This document shows, piece by piece, positions 8,799 to 16,865 of a stretch of 26,985 nt of DNA. Origin of the DNA: an uncultured Candidatus Saccharibacteria bacterium. Its GTDB lineage: Bacteria > Patescibacteriota > Minisyncoccia > Portnoybacterales > JAGGTM01. The notes beneath the pieces are model-generated. The model had not been told where the DNA came from and did no database searches. It saw nothing but the letters and a program-made list of their open reading frames with translations. The DNA lies in the NCBI GenBank assembly GCA_964480905.1, contig CAYZRO010000001.1, positions 1 to 26,985 of the forward strand, in the 5' to 3' direction. Numbering within the stretch: the stretch's first letter is position 1; each line of letters begins with the position of its first letter. The position numbers were made by a program, and so were the translations under genes.

Positions 8799-10925
8799 AT
8801 GCCTAAGAAGAAAAAAAAGAGCCTTATCAGAAGAGTAACTAAAATTCAAAAGAGAGATGGGACTATTGTTGATTTTGATAAGTCAAAAATAACTAACGCA
8901 ATCGCTAAAGCTTTAACAGCTTCTCATCAAGGAGACGGTTTGAAGGCAAAAAAACTTTCTGATAAAGTAGTTGATTTAATAAATCACCGTTTTAAAAAAG
9001 GCGAAATTCCTAAAGTAGAAGAAATTCAAGATATTGTTGAAGAAGCACTGATTCTAGAAGGTTTTACTGAAACAGCCAAAGCTTATATTCTTTATCGTGA
9101 GCAGCGTCGCCGGATTAGAGAAGCCAAAACAGCTATAGATGAAGCAGTAGAGATGGTAGATAACTATATTCAGGAATTAGACTGGCAAGTCAGAGAGAAT
9201 GCTAATATGGCTTATTCTCTGCAAGGATTAAATCATTATGTTACTTCGGCCGTAACCAAGAAATATTGGTTGAATAAGATATATCCAAAAGAAATTCGGG
9301 AAGCTGTAGAAAGCGGAGATTTTCATATCCATAATTTAGACATTTTAAGCACTTATTGTTGTGGTTGGGATTTGTATGAATTGCTTTTGAAGGGATTTGG
9401 CGGTGTCGCCGGCAAAGTGGAATCAAAGCCAGCTAAACACTTAAGGAGTGCTTTGGGACAACTCGTTAATTTTTTCTACACCCTTCAAGGAGAATCAGCT
9501 GGAGCTCAAGCTGTCTCTTCATTTGACACTTTACTTGCTCCTTTTATTCGCTATGACGGATTGAATTATCAGCAAGTTAAACAGGCCCTTCAAGAATTTA
9601 TTTTTAATTGCGCTATTCCTACCCGTGTTGGTTTTCAAAATCCTTTTACTAATATTACTTTAGACATTGTTCCTCCGGCAACTTTCGCTAAACAGCCAGT
9701 TATTATTGGCGGTCAGCCGCAAAAAGAGACCTATGAGGAATTTCAGGAAGAAATGGATATTTTTAATCAAGCTCTTTATGAAGTAATGATGGAAGGTGAT
9801 GCTAAGGGCAGGGTATTTACTTTTCCTATTCCTACTATCAATATCACAAAAGATTTTCCTTGGGATAAACCCGCTTTAAAGCCAATGTGGGACGCAACTG
9901 CTAAATATGGCATTAATTATTTTGCTAATTTTATTCAATCAGAAATGAAGCCAGAAGATGTTCGTTCTATGTGTTGTCGTTTAAGGCTTTCCAATAAAGA
10001 ACTTTACAAAAGAGGAGGGGGGCTTTTTGGCAGTAATCCTCTGACTGGCTCAATTGGAGTAGTAACAATTAATCTTCCTCGTTTGGGTTATTTGTCTAAA
10101 ACCAAAAAAGATTTTTTTGCCAGATTAAGCCATCTAATGGATTTGGCCAAGACTAGTTTAGAAGTTAAGAGAAAAAATTTAGAAAATTTTATTAGAAAAG
10201 GACTTTATCCTTATTCTAGATATTATTTATCTAATGTGGAAAAAATGAGAGGTCAATATTGGGCTAATCATTTTTCAACCATTGGTTTAGCCGGCATGAA
10301 TGAATGTTTATTAAATTTTATTGGTCGTGATATTGGTTCTCTTCCGGGACGTCGTTTAGCTTTAGAAATTTTAGATTTTATGAGAAAAAAATTAATTAAA
10401 TATCAAGAGGAAACAGGCAATCTTTATAATTTAGAGGCGACACCCGCTGAATCAACGGTTTATCGTTTAGCGAAAAAAGATAAAGAGAAATATCCTGAAA
10501 TTATTACTGCCGGAGAAAAAGAACCTTATTACACAAATAGCTCTCAGTTGCCGGTAAATTATACTGATGATTTGTTTAAAGCTTTAAAATTACAAGACGA
10601 ACTACAATGTCGATATACTGGAGGAACTGTTTTTCATATCTTTTTAGGGGAGCAGATTTCTAATCCAGAGTCAGTTAAAAAGTTGATACAAAAAGTTTTC
10701 AGCAAATTCCATCTGCCTTATATTACTTTAACTCCTACTTTTAGTATTTGTCCTCAACATGGTTATCTCTCAGGCGAACATTTTTATTGCCCGAAATGTG
10801 TTGTTAAGCAGCCATGTGAGGTATATTCGCGAGTGGTTGGTTATCTTCGACCAATTCAGCAATGGAATAATGGCAAACAGGAGGAATTTAGAGAAAGAAA
10901 AGAGTTTCAAATATCGCCAGATTAA
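8799..10925 (+). CDS. nrdD: Anaerobic (class III) ribonucleoside-triphosphate reductase with N-terminal ATP cone
   Basis: ATP cone (IQKRDGTIVDFDKSKI..AI), finger loop SMCCRL, LEATPAES, zinc site CPQH..CPKC, glycyl-radical loop YSRVVGYLRP. Confidence 0.96.
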   Translation: MPKKKKKSLIRRVTKIQKRDGTIVDFDKSKITNAIAKALTASHQGDGLKAKKLSDKVVDLINHRFKKGEIPKVEEIQDIVEEALILEGFTETAKAYILYREQRRRIREAKTAIDEAVEMVDNYIQELDWQVRENANMAYSLQGLNHYVTSAVTKKYWLNKIYPKEIREAVESGDFHIHNLDILSTYCCGWDLYELLLKGFGGVAGKVESKPAKHLRSALGQLVNFFYTLQGESAGAQAVSSFDTLLAPFIRYDGLNYQQVKQALQEFIFNCAIPTRVGFQNPFTNITLDIVPPATFAKQPVIIGGQPQKETYEEFQEEMDIFNQALYEVMMEGDAKGRVFTFPIPTINITKDFPWDKPALKPMWDATAKYGINYFANFIQSEMKPEDVRSMCCRLRLSNKELYKRGGGLFGSNPLTGSIGVVTINLPRLGYLSKTKKDFFARLSHLMDLAKTSLEVKRKNLENFIRKGLYPYSRYYLSNVEKMRGQYWANHFSTIGLAGMNECLLNFIGRDIGSLPGRRLALEILDFMRKKLIKYQEETGNLYNLEATPAESTVYRLAKKDKEKYPEIITAGEKEPYYTNSSQLPVNYTDDLFKALKLQDELQCRYTGGTVFHIFLGEQISNPESVKKLIQKVFSKFHLPYITLTPTFSICPQHGYLSGEHFYCPKCVVKQPCEVYSRVVGYLRPIQQWNNGKQEEFRERKEFQISPD

Positions 10926-10939
10926 TTTATCTTAAATTA

Positions 10940-11650
10940 ATGGAAATTGCTGGATTACAGAAATTAACCTTAATTGATTTTCCCGGACGTATTGCGGCAA
11001 CAGTCTTTACTCGCGGTTGTAATTTTCATTGTGGTTTTTGTCACAATAAAGAGCTAGTTGATTCTCGTTATTTTAATCAGAATTTATTAATATCTGAGGA
11101 AACATTTTTTCGTTTTTTAGATAAACGAAAAGATTTTTTAGAAGGCGTTTGTTTAACTGGTGGCGAACCGACTATTCAGCCGGACTTGCCATTGTTTATA
11201 AAAAAGATTAAATCAAAGAAGCTGGCGGTAAAATTAGACACAAACGGAAGTCGGCCAGATGTTCTTAAAAATTTAATAGAAGATTGTTTAGTTGACTATT
11301 TAGCTATGGACGTTAAAGTCCCTTTTGACAAATATAAATTATTAGTAGATTCAGAACAATTAATTGAGAATGTAAATCAAAGTATAAGTTTATTAAAGTC
11401 TTTAAAATCATCTACAATTGATTACGAATTTAGGACAACTATTGTTCCCGGATTAATTCAGATAAAAGATATAAAAGAAATTGGTAAATGGATACAAGGA
11501 GCAAAACTTTGGGCATTACAGCAATTTAAGCCTTTTAAGACTTTAAACAAGAATTTTGAAAAATTAAAGCCTTATTCTGATAAAATAATGAATGAGTTTT
11601 TAGGGACCGCTTCAATTTATGTTCAAAAAGCTGAATTAAGGAATTTGTAA
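10940..11650 (+). CDS. nrdG: Radical SAM activating enzyme for class III RNR
   Basis: GCNFHCGFCHN (CxxxCxxC), TGGEPT, KLDTNGS; directly follows nrdD. Confidence 0.93.
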   Translation: MEIAGLQKLTLIDFPGRIAATVFTRGCNFHCGFCHNKELVDSRYFNQNLLISEETFFRFLDKRKDFLEGVCLTGGEPTIQPDLPLFIKKIKSKKLAVKLDTNGSRPDVLKNLIEDCLVDYLAMDVKVPFDKYKLLVDSEQLIENVNQSISLLKSLKSSTIDYEFRTTIVPGLIQIKDIKEIGKWIQGAKLWALQQFKPFKTLNKNFEKLKPYSDKIMNEFLGTASIYVQKAELRNL

Positions 11651-11655
11651 ATAAG

Positions 11656-13230
11656 ATGGAGTGGGTGAATAAAGCTAATGTTTTCTTTGTTTTGAATCTT
11701 TCATTCATATTTGGTATTTATTTAGGTTCTTTATTTCATTCTCCAGTTATTTGGTTAATTTCTTTAATTTTAGCTTCAGCAAGTATAGTTGTTTTTACAA
11801 TTTTTTTCCGGCAAAGTTTTATAGGTAAATTAATATTGCTTTTTGGCGTAGCTTTTTTAGTTGTCGTTTTTGGTATTTTTCGTTCAGACATAGCTTTTAA
11901 GCATATTGATGAAGATAAGTCAAATAATTTTTTTCTTTATAATGATCAAGGAGAAATTGTTTTTCGGGGGATTGTTAGCAGTGATCCTTTAATTTATTTA
12001 GATCGTGTAAAATATGTTATTTCGGTTTTGCCCGCCAAAGGAGATAATTCAGCGGATCAGCTCCTTCAGGGTAAAATTTTTTTAATTCATAAGAAATATC
12101 CTATTTATCATTATGGAGATTTATTAGAGATAAAAGGTAGATTAAAATCACCCCCGGTTTATCCTGATTTTAATTATCAAGATTATTTGGTTACTAAAAA
12201 AATATATTCATTGGTTTATTATCCAAAAATAAAATTTATTTCCTCTGATGCTTTTTGCCATTTTTCAAGCCAAAAAGGACTAGAGAGAATTTTTATTTGC
12301 TGGCAATACAATTTTTATCAGAACCTTTTTAATTTAAAAAATCAACTTAGGCATTCTTTATTGCGTATTATTTCTCCGCCCGAAGAAGCAATTTTAGGAG
12401 CAATGATTTTAGGCGATAAGCAGAGTTTGTCTTTAGATTTGAAAGACAAACTTAATCGAATCGGCCTACGACATATTGTTGCTATTTCAGGAATGCATAT
12501 TATCATTATCATTACTGGTTTATCTGAAATTTTAATTCTATTCGGACTTTGGCGGAACCAAGCTTTTTATTTCGCTTTGATTGGCATAATTATTTTTATT
12601 TTAATGATTGGCGCTCCCCCCTCAGCTGTACGTGCCGGTTTAATGGGCATTTTATGTTTATTAGCCCAGAAGTTAGGACGACTCAACCAAGCTTGGCGTT
12701 CGGTTATTTTTGTCGCTGTAGTAATATTAATTTTTAACCCCTTATTATTAAAATATGATGTAGGTTTTCAACTTTCTTTTGCCGCTGTTTTGGGTATTAT
12801 ATATTTTAAGCCTTGGTTTGATAAAATTTTGCTTTCTCGTTTTCATTCTAAAATTTTAACATTATTGTCTATGAGTTTAGCTGCTCAAATAACAACTTTG
12901 CCGATTTTAATTTATAATTTCAGCAAGATATCTTTGGTTGCCCCTTTAACTAATATTTTAGTAGTCGGTTTTCTGCCTATTGTGATGGGCTTTGGTTTTT
13001 TAGGAGCTTTTTTTGGTATTTTTTGGACCTTGTTAGGACAAATTTTTGTTTGGCCTTCTTCGCTTTTATTAAATTATATTATGAAAATTGTTGACTTTTT
13101 TTCTTCTTTATCTTTAGCTAGCCTAGAGATAAAAAATATTCATTGGTTATGGTTAGCTGTTTATTATCTGTTCTTGTTTATTCTTTATTTAAAAATTAGG
13201 GAAAAGCCATTGGTTAAACAAATTAAATAA
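11656..13230 (+). CDS. comEC: ComEC/Rec2 DNA uptake channel (DUF4131/OB + competence membrane domains, no nuclease domain)
   Basis: Multi-pass membrane protein; HIVAISGMHI, PSAVRA, GFQLSF and LTNILV motifs. Confidence 0.93.
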   Translation: MEWVNKANVFFVLNLSFIFGIYLGSLFHSPVIWLISLILASASIVVFTIFFRQSFIGKLILLFGVAFLVVVFGIFRSDIAFKHIDEDKSNNFFLYNDQGEIVFRGIVSSDPLIYLDRVKYVISVLPAKGDNSADQLLQGKIFLIHKKYPIYHYGDLLEIKGRLKSPPVYPDFNYQDYLVTKKIYSLVYYPKIKFISSDAFCHFSSQKGLERIFICWQYNFYQNLFNLKNQLRHSLLRIISPPEEAILGAMILGDKQSLSLDLKDKLNRIGLRHIVAISGMHIIIIITGLSEILILFGLWRNQAFYFALIGIIIFILMIGAPPSAVRAGLMGILCLLAQKLGRLNQAWRSVIFVAVVILIFNPLLLKYDVGFQLSFAAVLGIIYFKPWFDKILLSRFHSKILTLLSMSLAAQITTLPILIYNFSKISLVAPLTNILVVGFLPIVMGFGFLGAFFGIFWTLLGQIFVWPSSLLLNYIMKIVDFFSSLSLASLEIKNIHWLWLAVYYLFLFILYLKIREKPLVKQIK

Positions 13231-13267
13231 AAAAGGTAGATCTAATTTGTTTCCGGTCTACCTTTTT
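13230..13267. terminator. Bidirectional terminator between convergent comEC and the antisense gene
   Basis: aaaaaggtaga (13230-13240) pairs with tctaccttttt (13257-13267), giving a U tract on both strands; overlaps the TAG of the minus-strand ORF. Confidence 0.6.
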
Positions 13268-13638
13268 AATATGTTTATTATTTTTTCTTTAACCTCTTTC
13301 ACTCCTTCTCCAGGTTTCCTTACAATGAAATTTATATCACTGGTATGTTTTCTATATCCTTCTTTTTTTCCTTTGGTTGATGATTTTGCATTCAGGAAGA
13401 GTTTTTGTCCTTCTTTATTAATAACGACAAAATCTATTCCTTTTTTCCAATCTAAATATTTATTTCCTTTTGAAAAGTTTATTATTTCCCCCTCACTTTT
13501 CAGCTCTTTTAGAGCTTTTGCTACCATTTTTTCACTTATTATTCCTCTTTCAAGAGATGTTTTTTTTACTTTCTTTAGTATTTTTGTTTTAGGATTATAT
13601 TGAATATATTTTATACTTTTCTTCGCTTTTTTATACAT
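13258..13638 (-). CDS. Small basic hypothetical protein with a PD-(D/E)xK nuclease-like motif pattern
   Basis: Strong SD (TAAGGAGGGT) 5-6 nt before the ATG. Motifs RG..SE..V, D..KGIDFVV and LFLNAKSS. The fold assignment is by eye only. Confidence 0.65.
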   Translation of the reverse strand: MYKKAKKSIKYIQYNPKTKILKKVKKTSLERGIISEKMVAKALKELKSEGEIINFSKGNKYLDWKKGIDFVVINKEGQKLFLNAKSSTKGKKEGYRKHTSDINFIVRKPGEGVKEVKEKIINILKR

Positions 13639-13723
13639 TTTTAACCCTCCTTATTTTTTAAGTAACTAATTATATTAAATAATAAAATTTAAAACTTGTA
13701 AATAGCATATTCATATTTTACAA

Positions 13724-14590
13724 ATGAATCTAAAGAATTTTTTAATTCAGAAATACAAGATTATCCTTTTGATGTTAACAGTTGTTTGTTTTTCGATTTG
13801 GCACAATGTCTTTACTCAAAATAATTCTTTGTTGGTAGTTCATTTTTACGACGTAGGCCAAGGCGATGCTATTTTTATTGAAACTCCGACTCATCATCAA
13901 ATTTTAATTGATGGTGGCCCAGACAGTACTATTTTAGAAAAATTAGGTAGAGATTTATCTTTTTTTGACCGTTCACTTGATTTAGTCATTTTGACTCATC
14001 CAGACAGTGATCATTTGAATGGCTTAATAGATGTTTTGCAATCTTATCATATAGATAAAATTATTTATACAGGTATTAAAGATGATTTAGCCGCTTACAA
14101 ATTTTGGCAGGAGCTTATTAAAAAGAAACATATTCCAGTAATTTTTGCCCAGGCGAATGAGAGAATTAAAATAAGTCAAAATTTGTGGATAGATATTCTT
14201 TATCCATTTGAAAATCTGGTTGGTCAATCTTTTAAAAAAACTAACAATACGTCAGTAGTTTGTCGTTTGGTCTTTGGTAAAGATTCTTTTTTATTGACAG
14301 GCGATATAGATATATCAGTTGAAAAACAATTGATAAAATTCTATAATTTAAAATCCAATGTTTTAAAAGTTAGTCATCATGGTAGTAAGTATTCCACAAG
14401 TCAGACGTTTCTGAAAGCAGTTTTGCCTCAAATGGCTGTTATTCCAGTAGGCAGGAAAAATCGTTATGGACATCCTCACCGAGAGACGCTTAAACGTTTA
14501 GAGGGCATTCATTTATTTCGAACAGATATTAATGGCGATATTGAAATTTTAACTGATGGCTATCATTTAGCAGTGAAAACTTTATATTAA
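13724..14590 (+). CDS. ComEC-type metallo-beta-lactamase-fold hydrolase (stand-alone nuclease domain)
   Basis: N-terminal TM anchor; DVGQGDA, LIDGG, THPDSDHLNG, LTGDI, KVSHHGSK, NRYGHPH and RTDINGDI motifs. Confidence 0.92.
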   Translation: MNLKNFLIQKYKIILLMLTVVCFSIWHNVFTQNNSLLVVHFYDVGQGDAIFIETPTHHQILIDGGPDSTILEKLGRDLSFFDRSLDLVILTHPDSDHLNGLIDVLQSYHIDKIIYTGIKDDLAAYKFWQELIKKKHIPVIFAQANERIKISQNLWIDILYPFENLVGQSFKKTNNTSVVCRLVFGKDSFLLTGDIDISVEKQLIKFYNLKSNVLKVSHHGSKYSTSQTFLKAVLPQMAVIPVGRKNRYGHPHRETLKRLEGIHLFRTDINGDIEILTDGYHLAVKTLY

Positions 14591-14674
14591 TTAAAGGATA
14601 AGTAAATTTTTTCTTTACAACATTAGAAAAAATAGATATAAAAATAAATATAAGAGTAATAAATATATAAATGT

Positions 14675-15286
14675 ATGAAAAATAATTCTAATTTACAAAG
14701 AAGATTTGAAGAAAGAACTTTAGTGATTATTAAGCCCGATGGAGTTCAGCGTGGTCTTGTCGGTGAAATTATTTCCCGTTTTGAAAAAGCCGGCTTAAAG
14801 ATGGTCGCTTTGAAAATGGTTTGGCCGACAAAAGAGCATTATAATATGCATTATCCTGACAAACAGGAATATTTAGAAAATTTAGGAGCTAAAACATTAG
14901 AGACTTATCAGCGTTATAAAATTGATGCTAAGAAAGAATTAGGGACTGACAATAAGTTGAAAATAGGCAAAATGGTGAAAAAGTGGTTAATTGCTTCTAT
15001 GAGTTCCGGGCCAGTTATTGCTATGGTTATTCAAGGTCCTCATGCTGTAGAGAGCGTGCGGATGATTACTGGTCCAACCTTACCTGCTTTTGCTCCTCCT
15101 GGCACGATTCGGGGAGATTTTTCAGTTGATTCTCCCGCTTTAGCTAATACAGGCAAAAGAGCGGTGAAAAATATTATTCACGCTTCTAGTAGTTTTGATG
15201 ATGCAGAGGAAGAAATAAAACTTTGGTTTGCCCCGGAAGAAATTCATGATTATCGCCGTGCCGAAGAAGAAATAATGTTTGAATAG
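14675..15286 (+). CDS. ndk: Nucleoside-diphosphate kinase (long form)
   Basis: ERTLVIIKPDGVQRGLVGEIISRFE, PGTIRGDF, NIIHASSS (catalytic His), EIKLWF. Confidence 0.95.
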   Translation: MKNNSNLQRRFEERTLVIIKPDGVQRGLVGEIISRFEKAGLKMVALKMVWPTKEHYNMHYPDKQEYLENLGAKTLETYQRYKIDAKKELGTDNKLKIGKMVKKWLIASMSSGPVIAMVIQGPHAVESVRMITGPTLPAFAPPGTIRGDFSVDSPALANTGKRAVKNIIHASSSFDDAEEEIKLWFAPEEIHDYRRAEEEIMFE

Positions 15287-15312
15287 TTTTTATTTATTTT
15301 TAATTGATTATT

Positions 15313-15321
15313 TGTTATAAT
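15313..15321 (+). promoter_or_regulatory. Extended -10 promoter for the 6S-like RNA
   Basis: TG-T-TATAAT ending about 6 nt before the 5' end of the RNA stem. Confidence 0.65.
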
Positions 15322-15326
15322 AAATT

Positions 15327-15473
15327 TGGTTCTGCTGGTCGAAACCTAGAATAATTTTGGATCAGTTGCGATAGAATGGGAGTCCTATATTTGTTTCCGC
15401 CGTGGCGGGAACGTGCGGACACCCACTTGTGATTAAGCCGAAAGTTTTCTAGGTTAATTCGACAGCAGAACCA
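15327..15473 (+). ncRNA. ssrS: 6S RNA (compact, about 147 nt)
   Basis: Rod structure: tggttctgct/agcagaacca, gtcgaa/ttcgac and acctagaa/ttctaggt closing stems, a central bubble, tggg/ccca, gtcc/ggac and an apical gtttccgc/gcgggaac hairpin. Motifs AGAATGGGAG and GGACACCCACTTG resemble conserved 6S bubble-flanking sequences. Has its own promoter and terminator. No covariance search was run. Confidence 0.72.
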
Positions 15474-15505
15474 CTAAAAAACTTCCCTTGAGGAAGTTTT
15501 TTAGT
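15473..15505. terminator. Symmetric bidirectional intrinsic terminator
   Basis: actaaaaaacttcc-cttga-ggaagttttttagt; 14-bp perfect stem with a U tract on both strands. Confidence 0.85.
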
Positions 15506-15506
15506 G

Positions 15507-15687
15507 TAAAAATGTTTACTATCCTATCTGCGAGCTCAGAGACAAATCCTAAAAAATTTAGGTTAGTTCCGAAAAATTTCGGAACAGAGGTCGGCATTTG
15601 CCGATTGCCTCTGACGAGGGCTATGATAAAACTTAGGAGGGGTCGTTTTACCAAAACCACTCACAGATAGGATAGTGAGCATTTTTA
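15507..15687. other. Unassigned structured element (ncRNA or MITE-like), 181 bp, with 28-bp terminal inverted repeats and at least four internal hairpins
   Basis: 15507-15534 pairs with 15660-15687 (25/28 Watson-Crick). Internal hairpins: cctaaa/tttagg, gttccgaa/ttcggaac, cagagg..tcggc/gccga..cctctg and gtttt/aaaac. Confidence 0.6.
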
Positions 15688-15699
15688 AAGTGATAGTTT

Positions 15700-15727
15700 A
15701 ATATAGCAACTTTAACTTATTTGTCAA
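15700..15727 (-). promoter_or_regulatory. Putative minus-strand sigma70 promoter pointing into the structured element
   Basis: TTGACA (15727-15722), 16 nt, TATATT (15705-15700), preceded by TGn. Confidence 0.55.
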
Positions 15728-15748
15728 GATTTTAAAACATGTTAAGAT
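15721..15748 (+). promoter_or_regulatory. Putative promoter of dprA-topA
   Basis: TTGTCA (15721-15726), 16 nt, TAAGAT (15743-15748), with TGn extension. Confidence 0.45.
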
Positions 15749-15757
15749 AAAACAAAT

Positions 15758-16843
15758 ATGGAAGAAAAATTTTTTAATGCCTTTAACCAAATTAGTCAGA
15801 TAGGCCCGATTAGATTTAAAAAATTAATTTCTTATTTTAATAATTTAGAAAGAGCTTGGCAGGCAAGTTCTGCTGAATTGGAAAAAGCCGGGATTGAGAA
15901 AAACGTAGTCAATGAGATTATCGCTAAAAGGCCTTTAATTAATCCGGACAGAGAAATGGAAAAAGTAGATAAATGCGGTTTAAAGATTTTAACTATTAAA
16001 AATAAAAACTATCCGGCTTTGCTTAAAGAGATTTACAATCCGCCAGCCATTCTTTATTATAAAGGGACTTTACAAGGACTTAATGATTTTAATTTAGCTA
16101 TTGTTGGCACTCGTCGTCCTTCAAAATATGGTCAGCAAGTAGCTATTCAGTTAGCACGGCAATTATCAGAAGCTGGTTTTAATATTATTAGCGGTTTAGC
16201 CCAAGGCATAGATAGTTATGTTCATCAAAGCGTTGTAGAAGGAGGAGGACGAACAATAGCGGTAATAGGTTCCGGATTAGACTATCAAAGTATTTATCCT
16301 GCTTTTAATCGAAGATTAGTTGATAAGATTATTGATAAAGGCGTCGTTTTAACTGAATATCCTGTTGGCACACCGGCTTTATCATTTCATTTTCCTGCCC
16401 GCAATAGAATTATTTCTGGATTAAGCCAAGGCGTTTTGGTTATTGAAGCAGGCGAGAAAAGTGGGGCTTTGATTACAGCTAAATACGCTTTGGAGCAGAA
16501 TCGTGAAGTATTTGCTGTTCCTGGTTCAATTTATAATCCTTTTTCTCGAGGTTCTAATAATTTAATCAAACTCGGCGCTAAACTAGTGAATCAAGCTCAG
16601 GACGTTCTTGATGAATTTAATCTTAATTTAGCAATAAAAGAGAGAAATAGTGATGATTATTTTCCTGAAACTACTGAGGAAGCTATTTTATTAAAGTTAA
16701 TTAGTAATGAACCTGTCCATATTGACAAATTAATTCAAAAGAGTAATTTAGGCACAGCTGTTGTTAACAGAACTTTAATTACTATGGAAATGAAGGGGAA
16801 AATAAAAAACTTAGGAGGCAATCAATATGTTTTAAGTCATTAG
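15758..16843 (+). CDS. dprA: DNA processing protein DprA (Smf)
   Basis: YPALLKEIYNPP..LY.KG, AIVGTR, IISGLAQGID, FPARNRIISGLS, SGALITA; C-terminal winged helix. Confidence 0.97.
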   Translation: MEEKFFNAFNQISQIGPIRFKKLISYFNNLERAWQASSAELEKAGIEKNVVNEIIAKRPLINPDREMEKVDKCGLKILTIKNKNYPALLKEIYNPPAILYYKGTLQGLNDFNLAIVGTRRPSKYGQQVAIQLARQLSEAGFNIISGLAQGIDSYVHQSVVEGGGRTIAVIGSGLDYQSIYPAFNRRLVDKIIDKGVVLTEYPVGTPALSFHFPARNRIISGLSQGVLVIEAGEKSGALITAKYALEQNREVFAVPGSIYNPFSRGSNNLIKLGAKLVNQAQDVLDEFNLNLAIKERNSDDYFPETTEEAILLKLISNEPVHIDKLIQKSNLGTAVVNRTLITMEMKGKIKNLGGNQYVLSH

Positions 16844-16865
16844 ATTTATTGATTTTAATTATTTT

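Noticed and set aside
1468-9426. Short overlapping ORFs 1468-1734, 2034-2225, 3038-3241, 4941-5135, 6203-6403, 6559-6849, 6886-7197, 7527-7721, 8147-8518 and 9241-9426
   Set aside because: Antisense shadows of confidently identified genes; no recognisable motifs.
13247-13603. 118-aa Phe/Ser-rich plus-strand ORF that looks like a membrane protein
   Set aside because: Mirror of the Lys-rich minus-strand gene 13258-13638, which has the SD and the motif pattern; TTG start lies inside a terminator.
15565-15626. CTGACGAG plus upstream CCGAAA suggesting a hammerhead ribozyme; GCC-CTCGTCAGA-GGC on the minus strand suggesting an HDV-like P3/L3
   Set aside because: For a hammerhead, the required UH cleavage site and stem III are missing and CTG is consumed by the cagagg/cctctg stem. 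For HDV, P1 and the P1.1 GG are absent.
15454-15670. ORFs 15454-15660 (-) and 15488-15670 (+)
   Set aside because: They cross the terminator and the structured element, have no RBS or motifs, and RNA/DNA structure explains the region better.
15327-15687. RNase P RNA, tmRNA or SRP RNA as the identity of the structured region
   Set aside because: No GAGGAAAGUCC P4 motif, no tRNA-like ends with CCA, and no SRP helix-8 CAGG/GGAA/AGCA motif on either strand.
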